The position numbers and the translations under genes are program-made. A stretch of 64,000 nucleotides of DNA from contig JBMDWZ010000076.1 of the NCBI GenBank assembly GCA_048594865.1, forward strand, positions 5,111 to 69,110, read 5' to 3'. Under the pieces are notes generated by a model. It saw only the letters and a program-made list of their open reading frames with translations. It was not told the origin of the DNA and did not search any database. Source of the stretch: Beutenbergiaceae bacterium. Lineage in GTDB: Bacteria > Actinomycetota > Actinomycetes > Actinomycetales > Beutenbergiaceae. Each line of letters begins with the position of its first letter. Position 1 is the stretch's first letter. Of this stretch, positions 46,621 through 54,482 are shown in pieces.

Positions 46621-47540
46621 GCGCCCCCTCGGCCCTCTTCGACCAACTTGGTCCCAAGGGCAAACGCAACGTCCTGATCACCAACATTGTTGGGGCCCTG
46701 ATCGGGATCGCGATCATGGCGATCGTGGTCCTTCAGTTCGCCGACAAGGGGCAGCTGGAGGGCCGCCTGTGGTCTGCGGCCCTCGATGGCCGTGCGTGGC
46801 AGTTCTACTACTTACCGGGACTGCAGAACACCTTGGTAGCCGCCGCCTACTCGGTAGTGCTGGCGCTGGTGTTCGGCCTACTGTTCGGTGTCGGCCGCCT
46901 GGCTAGCAACGCGGTGGTGAGGTGGCTGTGCGGCGCCGTGGTGGAGTTCTTCCGCGCGGTGCCCGTTCTGATCATGATGATCGCCGGCTGGTTGATCATC
47001 GCCCGGTCCGGACTGGTGGCCCCCGAGGACTCCCCGCTGATCGCCGTGGTGGCAGCCCTGACGCTGTACAACGGTTCGGTCATCGCCGAACTCATCCGCT
47101 CCGGGGTCTACGGCCTTCCCAAGGGTCAACGGGAGTCCGCGCTGGCGATCGGGATGACCCGCGGGCAGTCGATTCGCACGGTGGAGTTGCCGCAGGCCAT
47201 CATTGCGATGCTGCCGTCCTTGGTGAGCCAGTTCGTGGTCATCTTGAAGGACTCCGCACTGGGCGCGATCATCACCTACCGCGAACTGCTCGAGTCGGCT
47301 CGTCTGCTGGGCCGCGGTAGTCCGTTCCCGATGCTGCAGACCCTGCTGATCGCGGCGGTGCTGTTCATCCTCATCAATTACCTGCTGACCCGCGCCGCGG
47401 AGTTCGCGGCCCGTAAGGTCGGGGCCCGCACCTCGGGCAAAGCGAAGGCGGCGGCGCCCGCTGCCGCGATCGGGGCTTCGGCGGATACGGAGCCGAAGGC
47501 CGCTAGCAGGCAAGCGGGCGGGGACCCTGGCGGAACCTAG
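46617..47540 (+). CDS. gluD: Amino acid ABC transporter permease
   Basis: 307-aa polytopic ORF with an ATGA overlap with gluC. It carries an EAA-like loop (…AELIRSGVYGLPKGQRESALAIGM…). Confidence 0.85.
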   Translation: MSAPSALFDQLGPKGKRNVLITNIVGALIGIAIMAIVVLQFADKGQLEGRLWSAALDGRAWQFYYLPGLQNTLVAAAYSVVLALVFGLLFGVGRLASNAVVRWLCGAVVEFFRAVPVLIMMIAGWLIIARSGLVAPEDSPLIAVVAALTLYNGSVIAELIRSGVYGLPKGQRESALAIGMTRGQSIRTVELPQAIIAMLPSLVSQFVVILKDSALGAIITYRELLESARLLGRGSPFPMLQTLLIAAVLFILINYLLTRAAEFAARKVGARTSGKAKAAAPAAAIGASADTEPKAASRQAGGDPGGT

Positions 47541-47559
47541 GTGCCACTGAGTTGCAAGT

Positions 47560-47600
47560 AGGCGCCACCAATAGCACGACACGCAGGCGCCACCAATAGC
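47560..47600. repeat. Two copies of the 16-mer AGGCGCCACCAATAGC, 9 bp apart, bracketed by GAACCTAGG copies
   Basis: The 16-mers are at 47560-47575 and 47585-47600. The 9-mer GAACCTAGG is at 47533-47541 (covering the gluD stop) and at 47613-47621. Confidence 0.85.
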
Positions 47601-47762
47601 GGCAGATGGCCCGAACCTAGGGCGTTTCCTCGCCCAGTTCTTCCTCGCCGAGTATTAGCGCCTAAGGGTACAGATACCGCGCACGGTCACCTGCCCACTA
47701 AAAAGCGAACATACCCTCATGCCACAGACACCCAATACGTCGATTCTCCAACTGAACTAGGT

Positions 47763-48017
47763 TCAGGAAAGAACCCGATAATGGAAGTGATAAAGGCCGC
47801 TGCCGTGCCCCGACAAGTGGCAGGCCCCCACCACTATGTGGGAGTCGCTGTTCATGATCCTGCGTTCCTGCTGGCAGTCACCGATCGAAGACGGTGCACT
47901 AGCCTGCCAACCGGCCGGAGGCGTGTCGGCTAATGCAACACCCGAACCTACGAACGCCAGCCCTACTGCTAGACCTAACGTGGCTGTAATGGACGCTAAC
48001 TTCTTTGTATTCTCCAT
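47763..48017 (-). CDS. Orphan small secreted protein (signal peptide, two Cys)
   Basis: From the ATG at 48017: MENTKKLASITATLGLAVGLAFVGSGVALA/DTPP…, a signal-peptide-like N-terminus with an ALA-D site. The mature part is about 50 aa with 2 Cys and a His-rich end. Codons are atypical for this genome (TTA, CTA, GTA, ACA) and the patch is low-GC. There is no clear RBS and I recognise no family. Confidence 0.4.
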   Translation of the reverse strand: MENTKKLASITATLGLAVGLAFVGSGVALADTPPAGWQASAPSSIGDCQQERRIMNSDSHIVVGACHLSGHGSGLYHFHYRVLS

Positions 48018-48117
48018 AGTTGCCAAACTAACACGGGCGATTTAAGCATGGCCGGTTAGCGGCCACTAATACACTCGTCGCCGCTATACCTCAAGGTGCG
48101 TCCCGACCAAAGGCTGG

Positions 48118-48687
48118 TCAGAACAGGTCGTCGCTAGGCTCGCCCTGTTCCTCTTCGCCGAGGATCTCGTTGATCAGGCGGTAACTCAGCGAGGGCGAGT
48201 AGCCCTTGCGCGCCAGCAAGCTCATCATCCGCTGGCGGCGTTTGTGTGGTTCCACGCCGGTGGTGGAGCGCGCCTTGCGACGCAGCAGTTCCCGGGCGGC
48301 GGCTTCTTCGTCGGCGGGGTCCACGGCGTCCAGCGCCGCCTGCGCATCTTCCTGCTCCACACCCTTACGGCGCAGCTCGTGAGCTAGCGCCCGGCGCGCG
48401 AGTCCGCGCTCGGACTGCCGGGTGCGCACCAGCATCGCTGCGTACTCGGCGTCGTTGATCAACCCGACCTCGGTGAGGCGGTCCAGAACCTTGTTCGCCA
48501 CCTGTTCGGGAACGTCCTTCTTGGCCATCGCCTGCGCCAGTTGGGCGCGAGACTTCGGGGAGTTAGTCAGCAGCCGCAACGCAATATTGCGGGCGAAGGA
48601 CTCGGCATCCGGTTCAGCGTCCTGGGCGGCCGCACCCGTGGCCGGGGGTTCATCCGCCCGGCCACGGGGAGCACGCGATTCGTGCAT
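48118..48687 (-). CDS. recX: RecA regulator RecX
   Basis: 189-aa helical-repeat ORF (…ARNIALRLLTNSPKSRAQLAQAMAKKDVP…INDAEYA…) lying 15 nt downstream of recA. Confidence 0.9.
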   Translation of the reverse strand: MHESRAPRGRADEPPATGAAAQDAEPDAESFARNIALRLLTNSPKSRAQLAQAMAKKDVPEQVANKVLDRLTEVGLINDAEYAAMLVRTRQSERGLARRALAHELRRKGVEQEDAQAALDAVDPADEEAAARELLRRKARSTTGVEPHKRRQRMMSLLARKGYSPSLSYRLINEILGEEEQGEPSDDLF

Positions 48688-48702
48688 GGAAACTACGTCG
48701 GC

Positions 48703-49758
48703 TCAGAAGTCGACGGCGGCGACTTCTTCCTCGGGGACCGCCTCGAGCTTCACGCCGATTCCGAGCTTGGTCTTGATCTTGGATTCGATCTCTTCACCTA
48801 GCTCGGGGTTGTCCTTGAGGAACCGGCGGGCGTTCTCCTTACCCTGGCCGAGTTGGTCACCTTCGTAGGTGTACCAAGAACCCGACTTGCGCACGATTCC
48901 CTGCTCCACGCCGAGGTCAATGAGGCTGCCCTCGCGGGAGATACCCACGCCGTAGAGGATGTCGAATTCGGCCTGCTTGAACGGCGGGGCCATCTTGTTC
49001 TTCACGACCTTGACCCGGGTGCGGTTACCGACCGAGTCGGTGCCTTCCTTCAGGGTCTCAATCCGGCGCACGTCCAAGCGCACCGAGGAGTAGAACTTCA
49101 GCGCCTTACCACCAGTGGTGGTTTCGGGTGACCCGAAGAACACGCCGATCTTTTCGCGCAGCTGGTTAATGAAGATCGCAGTGGTGCCCGAGGAGGACAA
49201 CGCGCCGGTGATCTTGCGCAGCGCCTGGGACATCAGCCGGGCCTGCAGACCCACGTGGCTGTCTCCCATTTCGCCCTCGATCTCCGCCTTGGGGACCAGG
49301 GCTGCGACCGAGTCGATGACGATGATGTCCAGCGCGCCGGAGCGGATCAGCATGTCCATGATTTCCAGGGCCTGCTCACCGGTGTCCGGCTGCGACACCA
49401 GCAGTGCATCGGTGTCCACGCCGAGCTTCTTGGCGTACTCGGGGTCCAGGGCGTGCTCGGCGTCGATGAACGCGGCAATGCCGCCGGCGCGCTGAGCGTT
49501 TGCGACCGCGTGCAGGGCCACGGTGGTCTTACCGGAGGACTCGGGGCCATACACCTCGATGACGCGGCCGCGCGGCAGGCCGCCGGTACCCAACGCCACA
49601 TCGAGAGCAATGGAGCCAGTGGGGATGACCTCCACCGGCGGACGGGTGTCATCACCCAGACGCATCACCGAACCCTTGCCGTAGGCACGGTCGATCTGTC
49701 CAAGTGCGGCCTCGAGGGCCTTGGTGCGGTCTGCTACCGGAGCAGGCATAGTTTCCAC
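48703..49758 (-). CDS. recA: Recombinase RecA
   Basis: 351-aa ORF with Walker [10 protein letters not shown], then IVIDSVAAL and the L1/L2 loop regions. No intein is present. Confidence 0.98.
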   Translation of the reverse strand: METMPAPVADRTKALEAALGQIDRAYGKGSVMRLGDDTRPPVEVIPTGSIALDVALGTGGLPRGRVIEVYGPESSGKTTVALHAVANAQRAGGIAAFIDAEHALDPEYAKKLGVDTDALLVSQPDTGEQALEIMDMLIRSGALDIIVIDSVAALVPKAEIEGEMGDSHVGLQARLMSQALRKITGALSSSGTTAIFINQLREKIGVFFGSPETTTGGKALKFYSSVRLDVRRIETLKEGTDSVGNRTRVKVVKNKMAPPFKQAEFDILYGVGISREGSLIDLGVEQGIVRKSGSWYTYEGDQLGQGKENARRFLKDNPELGEEIESKIKTKLGIGVKLEAVPEEEVAAVDF

Positions 49759-49857
49759 CTTCTACGTTGTGGGCGGTTGGTCCGCCGGTTTCCTTGGGGC
49801 TGGTCTGTGCGCCGCCACCCTCTCCGGGTGCCGTGGGCGTGAATCGAAGGCTATGTC

Positions 49858-49879
49858 CGACCACTGACATCCATGATCG
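49858..49879 (-). promoter_or_regulatory. RecA-NDp (PafBC-dependent type) damage promoter motif upstream of recA
   Basis: The minus strand reads TGTCAGTG-GTCGGACA-TAGCCT, a full match to the published tTGTCRgtg-N8-TAnnnT. The -10 ends about 100 nt upstream of the recA ATG. Confidence 0.65.
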
Positions 49880-49937
49880 GCACCCTCCACGGCTGTGGAT
49901 GGAACCGTTCTTGTCCTCGATCTGTGGACAACAGTAA

Positions 49938-49953
49938 AAGAACGGGTGTTCTA
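49938..49953. promoter_or_regulatory. LexA-box-like palindrome upstream of recA
   Basis: The plus strand reads AAGAACGGGTGTTCTA and the minus strand TAGAACACCCGTTCTT, with a perfect GAAC-N4-GTTC core. TACTGT follows 2 nt downstream on the recA strand. A second candidate, TAGAACAATCGCTCGA (10/12), lies at 50025-50040 inside the last codons of the upstream permease. Confidence 0.55.
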
Positions 49954-50017
49954 CGTAGGGACGCCGCGCCGCGACACGCCGAGCGGATTCTTTTCCTGCC
50001 CGCAGCACTTGGCTTTC

Positions 50018-50788
50018 CTACTCGTAGAACAATCGCTCGATGCGCCTGGTCGCGGCCCAGAGCCCAAAGGCCCCCAGGGCAAGGAGATACAGCACGTGCA
50101 CGGCCAAGCCCGGGCCAACCTCACCGGTAGTCAACGACCGCACCAGGGCCACCCCGTGATACAGCGGCGTGGCCTGCACCAGCCACTGCAGCACCGGTAG
50201 GTAGGTGGACAGCGGGAAGAAGGTCGCCGAGAACAAGAACAACGGCAAGATCGCCAACTGCACGTAATCGGCGTCGTTCCAGGTGCGCATGTAGGTGGTC
50301 GCCGCCATCCCGACCGCGGCAAAGGCGAAACCGATCAGGGTGCACGCCGGAATCGCCAGTACTGCCCACCAGGAGGTCACGAACCCAGCGATCGAGGCGA
50401 TGGCGAGGAATACCGTGGAGTACAGCCCGCCCCGCAGTAGCGCCCAGGTGATCTCGCCAGCGGCCACGTCACGCGCGCTCAGCGGGGTATTGAGCACCGA
50501 GTCATACAGTTTGGCGTCTTTGAGTTTGCCGAAGACGTTGACGGTGGAGTCCATCACCGCGCCGTTCATCGCCGACGTCGCCATCATCGCCGGCGCCACG
50601 AACGCCGCGTAGGACATCTGCCTGCCGTCCACGTCGATCACCCCGACCAGCGCACCTAGCCCAACGCCTAAGGCGAACAGGTAGAACAACGGCTCAAAGA
50701 AGCCCGAAACGAGCGTGAGCCACTGCTTCCCGGCGGCGGTGTAGTTGCGTTCGACCATCGCCCATGGCCGCGTCAGCGCCATGATCAT
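50018..50788 (-). CDS. ABC-2 type exporter permease (second)
   Basis: The ATG at 50788 overlaps the preceding stop by 1 nt; the longest ORF extends to 50884. Six predicted TM segments. It is DrrB/NodJ-like. Confidence 0.85.
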   Translation of the reverse strand: MIMALTRPWAMVERNYTAAGKQWLTLVSGFFEPLFYLFALGVGLGALVGVIDVDGRQMSYAAFVAPAMMATSAMNGAVMDSTVNVFGKLKDAKLYDSVLNTPLSARDVAAGEITWALLRGGLYSTVFLAIASIAGFVTSWWAVLAIPACTLIGFAFAAVGMAATTYMRTWNDADYVQLAILPLFLFSATFFPLSTYLPVLQWLVQATPLYHGVALVRSLTTGEVGPGLAVHVLYLLALGAFGLWAATRRIERLFYE

Positions 50789-51633
50789 CAGACCACCAAC
50801 CGTCTGGTCAGCTGCCGCACCGCGAGCAGGTAGCCCACGATCACGATCGCGAGCAGCACGGCCAGGTGCAGAGCGATCCGCCACGGCTCAAGCCACTGGG
50901 CGGAGTCTGGTCCAAGACCGAAGGCTCTGGTGAGGGCTACCGCGTGCGTCAGCGGCGACGCCCAAGCCAGCGCCTGCAGCCCGGCGGGTAGTTGTTCGAG
51001 GGGGAAGAAGGTCCCAGAGAACAAGAACATCGGCATCAGAATGAAGCGCTGCAACACGTTAAACCCCGCCCCCTCCCCCGAGGACGTGGCCGAGTAGGCG
51101 AAGGTGCACGTGGCGAAACCCATACCGCACAACACCGCAACCGCCACGACGGCGATGGTCCCCCATCCGCTCATCGCACCCAGGGCGGTGGCGATGAGGG
51201 TGAAAGCCACCGCCACGGTCACCACCCGGATGGCGATGTAGACCAGTTGCCCGCGCACCAGATCGACCGCCCGCAAGGGGGTGGCGAGCATCGCGTGATA
51301 CGCACCGGTCCACTTGATCGGGGCCAGCACGCTGTAGGTCGCCTCGTTGGAGCCATTGAGCATGCATTGCGCGGCCACCAGCCCGGTGGCCACAAACGCC
51401 ACATAGCTGACGCCCTCGATGGCGGTGCCCTGCGGGGAATCCAGCAGCGATCCCAGGCCGTAGCCCATGCCCACCAAGTACAACAGCGGAGCAAGGAAGG
51501 AACTGACGATCGTGGAGGGCCAGAACCGCCGGTAGCGCATCAACCAGTACGCGGTCACCGCACGCCACGGCGCTGATTGCTTGTGAACCCGCCTTGGCTC
51601 CAGGCTGGGGCCCACGTGCACCGGAGCGGTCAT
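50788..51633 (-). CDS. ABC-2 type exporter permease (first)
   Basis: 281-aa polytopic ORF with an ATGA overlap with the ATPase stop. It is a paralog-like partner of the next permease. Confidence 0.85.
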   Translation of the reverse strand: MTAPVHVGPSLEPRRVHKQSAPWRAVTAYWLMRYRRFWPSTIVSSFLAPLLYLVGMGYGLGSLLDSPQGTAIEGVSYVAFVATGLVAAQCMLNGSNEATYSVLAPIKWTGAYHAMLATPLRAVDLVRGQLVYIAIRVVTVAVAFTLIATALGAMSGWGTIAVVAVAVLCGMGFATCTFAYSATSSGEGAGFNVLQRFILMPMFLFSGTFFPLEQLPAGLQALAWASPLTHAVALTRAFGLGPDSAQWLEPWRIALHLAVLLAIVIVGYLLAVRQLTRRLVV

Positions 51634-52598
51634 TCGATGAGGCTTCGGCCGGTCAAGGTAAGGAACACGTCCTCCAGCGAGGCGCGCCGCACCAGACTCG
51701 ATTGCGGGTGCAGACCCCGGGCCGTCAACGTCTCCAGAGCACCATCGCCATCGTGCACGTACAGCAGCGTCCGGTCCGCAAGGACCTCCACGCGTTCGGT
51801 GATCTGCCGCAGTTCATCGTTCACCTCGGCGCCGTCGGCGAACCGCAACTCCAGTACCTCGCGGGTGGCGTACTGCTCGATGAGCGCCCGCGGCGACCCG
51901 TGCGCCACGATCTTGCCGCCATCCATCACCACGAGCCGATCACAGAGCTGCTCGGCCTCATCCATGTAGTGGGTGGTGAGCACCTGTGTCACGCCACGTC
52001 GTTTGAGTTCAAAGAGCCGCTGCCACAGGTTGTGCCGAGCCTGCGGGTCCAGCCCGGTGGTGGGTTCATCCAGTAACAGCAGTTGCGGGTCGTTGACCAG
52101 TGCTCGGGCGATCGTCAGGCGGCGCTTCATTCCGCCGGACAGCTTCTCCACCACCGAGTCGGCCTTGTGGTGCAGGTCCGCGAACTCAAGCAGCGGATCC
52201 ACTCGGTCGCTAGCCTCCGAGCGGCTCAGCCCGAAGTACCGGCCGTAGATGGCCAGGTTCTGCCGCACGGTCAGCTCCAGGTCCAACCAGTCCTGCTGCG
52301 GCACCACCCCGAGAGCAGAGCGAATCTTCGCGCCATCGGTGGTGGGGTCGGCACCGAGCACGCTCAACTCACCGGAGGTGGGCATCGAGGTGCACCCGAT
52401 CATCCGCATCGTTGAGGTCTTGCCCGCACCGTTGGGGCCGAGGAATCCGAAAAACTCCCCCTGCGCCACGTCCACGTCGATCCCATCGACGGCGGTGAAG
52501 TCACCAAAGGACTTGGTCAGCGACCTCGCCTGGATCGGCGGCTGCGGGCTCCCTACCGCCATGCGGGGTACCCCGGGAGGGCACGACCGTCGGGCCAT
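51630..52598 (-). CDS. ABC exporter ATP-binding protein (DrrA/NodI-like)
   Basis: Walker A GPNGAGKTST, signature LSGGMKRRLTIARAL and Walker B LLLDEPTTGLD. A C-terminal regulatory extension is typical of the DrrA/NodI subfamily. An alternative ATG lies at 52562. Either start overlaps the upstream kinase-fold gene. Confidence 0.9.
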   Translation of the reverse strand: MARRSCPPGVPRMAVGSPQPPIQARSLTKSFGDFTAVDGIDVDVAQGEFFGFLGPNGAGKTSTMRMIGCTSMPTSGELSVLGADPTTDGAKIRSALGVVPQQDWLDLELTVRQNLAIYGRYFGLSRSEASDRVDPLLEFADLHHKADSVVEKLSGGMKRRLTIARALVNDPQLLLLDEPTTGLDPQARHNLWQRLFELKRRGVTQVLTTHYMDEAEQLCDRLVVMDGGKIVAHGSPRALIEQYATREVLELRFADGAEVNDELRQITERVEVLADRTLLYVHDGDGALETLTARGLHPQSSLVRRASLEDVFLTLTGRSLIE

Positions 52599-53686
52599 TC
52601 GCGCAGTGCCCTGCGCAGCGCCTCATCGGCCGCGAGCGCCAGGTTCGGCAGGTCATCGGCCACGTGCTCAAGGACCCACCGCCACCGCTTCACCAGCAGT
52701 TGCCTGGCCGAGGGCGCGATCGCTCCGGTGGGTCCGATGCTGGGCCGGGCGGCTTGGGCCGGGGGCAGTAGCCACGCCCCGGAAGCCACAATCCACAACA
52801 CGATCGCGTGGCGTACCTGCGCCGGCCAGTTCGGGTCCTCGCCGAGGTCGGCGAACGTGCGGGCAGCGCCCTGCGTGAACGCCTGGAGCATCGCATCTGT
52901 AAGCCCGCTCGGTGGGGTGAACACGCACCAACAGCTACTGAAGGGTTCCAAGGCGTAGGCGGCGTCCACCGCGATCGGTTTCAGGCTGGTGCCTTCACAA
53001 TCCAGGAACCTCACCTGACCCTCGACAAACAGGGCGTTATCTGGGCAGGTGTCCCCCACCGACAACACGAGTCGGTCGGTTCTGCTCCACAGCCCGCTGG
53101 CCGCTTCCTCCACCTCATCCAGCGCCGCAGCAGCGGACTTTACGCCCCAATCCGCCAGCGCCTGCAGACCCTGGCCCGGCAGCGCGGCTATCTCCCGCCG
53201 GTTGCGTTCCTCGGCCTCCCCAAGCTCTCGTGACACCATCGCCACCGCACCGGCATCGGCGTCCACATGCTCACCCAACGCGCGAGCCCACTGCAGGCAT
53301 GCGTCCCACGCGGCCTGCGGGTCAGAGCCGGTGAGGAAGTCAGCGAGCGTCGGGGCGCCCCCCAGATCCTGCATGACGACGGTGGTGGCCTGTGGATCGT
53401 GCGCGAGCAGATCCGGGGTGCCGCGCAGGTAGGTCAGTCCGGCGTACTCGCGCAGATAGGCCTCGGCGGGGTTGTGCCCGGGGATGTCACTGGGCACAAA
53501 GGACTTCACCACCACGCTGCTACCCCACGACGTCGGACCCTCAAGCACGCGATGGCGGCTCACTTGGGAACGGCGCGAGCCGCCCAAGTCGATTCCGGGC
53601 GCCAAGACCGCTTGAGAAAGCGTGGGTGGGGAGATGTCTGCACCGCTCAACGCTTCTTGCCCTTCTCCGGTTGCCGGTGGTGCCAA
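52553..53686 (-). CDS. Kinase-fold phosphotransferase (APH/choline-kinase-like family)
   Basis: 377-aa ORF with an N-lobe Lys context (VVVKSF), a hinge (VVMQDLGG) and a catalytic-loop-like GDTCPDNALF followed by FLDCEG (DxG/DFG-like). The start is uncertain. Confidence 0.7.
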   Translation of the reverse strand: MAPPATGEGQEALSGADISPPTLSQAVLAPGIDLGGSRRSQVSRHRVLEGPTSWGSSVVVKSFVPSDIPGHNPAEAYLREYAGLTYLRGTPDLLAHDPQATTVVMQDLGGAPTLADFLTGSDPQAAWDACLQWARALGEHVDADAGAVAMVSRELGEAEERNRREIAALPGQGLQALADWGVKSAAAALDEVEEAASGLWSRTDRLVLSVGDTCPDNALFVEGQVRFLDCEGTSLKPIAVDAAYALEPFSSCWCVFTPPSGLTDAMLQAFTQGAARTFADLGEDPNWPAQVRHAIVLWIVASGAWLLPPAQAARPSIGPTGAIAPSARQLLVKRWRWVLEHVADDLPNLALAADEALRRALREWPDGRALPGYPAWR

Positions 53687-53874
53687 CGCACCTGCTCGGG
53701 CAACTCGTTCACTTCGCAGATCGCGGCCCAGACCTTATCTGGCCGCGCCCCATCGGCGAGCGCCTGCTCCGCCGTGCGTCCGCCCATCGGCCCCAGGGCC
53801 ATGTCCTTTGCCAATGAGGGCGCATAGGACCCGAAGGTGTCCTGCATAGCGGCCCAGAACTCGGAGTGCTTCAC
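53647..53874 (-). CDS. DUF3046 domain protein (recA-neighbourhood family)
   Basis: From the GTG at 53874: VKHSEFWAAMQDTFGSYAPSLAKDMALGPMGGRTAEQALADG…VWAAICE, which matches the DUF3046 character. The ORF-track start at 53907 is a TTG. Confidence 0.75.
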   Translation of the reverse strand: MKHSEFWAAMQDTFGSYAPSLAKDMALGPMGGRTAEQALADGARPDKVWAAICEVNELPEQVRWHHRQPEKGKKR

Positions 53875-53881
53875 ACTCTTC

Positions 53882-53903
53882 ACCCTAGTATCGAGGGGTG
53901 ACA
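53882..53903. promoter_or_regulatory. Back-to-back candidate -10 elements for divergent, apparently leaderless DUF3046 and ybaK-like genes
   Basis: Minus strand: TGTCACCC-N8-TAGGGT, with the GTG at 53874 lying 7 nt after the -10. Plus strand: TAGTAT (53886-53891), with the GTG at 53898 lying 6 nt after it. The two -10 hexamers overlap by 2 nt (accCTAGtat). Confidence 0.4.
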
Positions 53904-54440
53904 GCAAACGAACTCACCTGGTTACCCACCGCCGATCATCCCGAACTGCTGGCCGACCCGGTGCGCGCCCAGTTAGCGGGCTCCGAGCTGGGCACTCACG
54001 CTCAGGTGGCGCAGATCGACCCAGAAATCGCCGATACCGCCGCCCTGGTCCAAGCCACCGATGTAACCCTGGAATCCAGCGCCAACTGTCTCATTGTGCG
54101 TGCTCGCCGGGGCGGTGAGGAGACGTTTGCAGCGGCGTTGGTGTTGGCCACCACCAAGGCCGACATCAACTCCACCATCCGCAAGACCCTTGGCGCCCGC
54201 AAATGCTCCTTCATGTCCATGGACGACGCCGTGGAACTCACCGCCATGGAGTACGGCGGGATCACCCCGATTGGGCTGCCGGACGGGTGGCCGGTGCTCA
54301 TCGATTCGCGGGTGGTTGCCACCGAACAAATCGTGATCGGCTCGGGCCTGCGAACCTCCAAGGTGCGGATCGACGGAGCCTGCGCCGCGCAGCTGCCCGG
54401 AGCACAGGTGATTGAAGGGCTGGCGATCGAGATCGAATGA
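53898..54440 (+). CDS. YbaK/EbsC-like aminoacyl-tRNA deacylase domain protein
   Basis: 180-aa ORF with …ANCLIV…AAALVLATTKADINSTIRKTLGARKCSFMSMDDAVELTAMEYGGITPIGLP…IVIGSG, typical of the YbaK/ProX trans-editing fold. Confidence 0.78.
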   Translation: MTANELTWLPTADHPELLADPVRAQLAGSELGTHAQVAQIDPEIADTAALVQATDVTLESSANCLIVRARRGGEETFAAALVLATTKADINSTIRKTLGARKCSFMSMDDAVELTAMEYGGITPIGLPDGWPVLIDSRVVATEQIVIGSGLRTSKVRIDGACAAQLPGAQVIEGLAIEIE

Positions 54441-54453
54441 GCCGATGGCTGCC

Positions 54454-54475
54454 CTGTCGGTGCCGACTGTGACAA
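54454..54475 (+). promoter_or_regulatory. RecA-NDp/PafBC-type promoter motif immediately upstream of a leaderless lhr
   Basis: TGTCGGTG-CCGACTGT-GACAAT, then 7 nt (gggccca), then the lhr GTG at 54483. The upstream element is a perfect match. The -10 has the conserved A2 and T6. Confidence 0.6.
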
Positions 54476-54482
54476 TGGGCCA

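Noticed and set aside
53056-53063. Additional TGTCGGTG / CACCGACA cores inside coding regions (8923, 12391, 16419, 20113, 23849, 53056).
   Set aside because: None is followed by a TAnnnT hexamer at N8, and all are intragenic. They are best explained by chance in GC-rich coding sequence.
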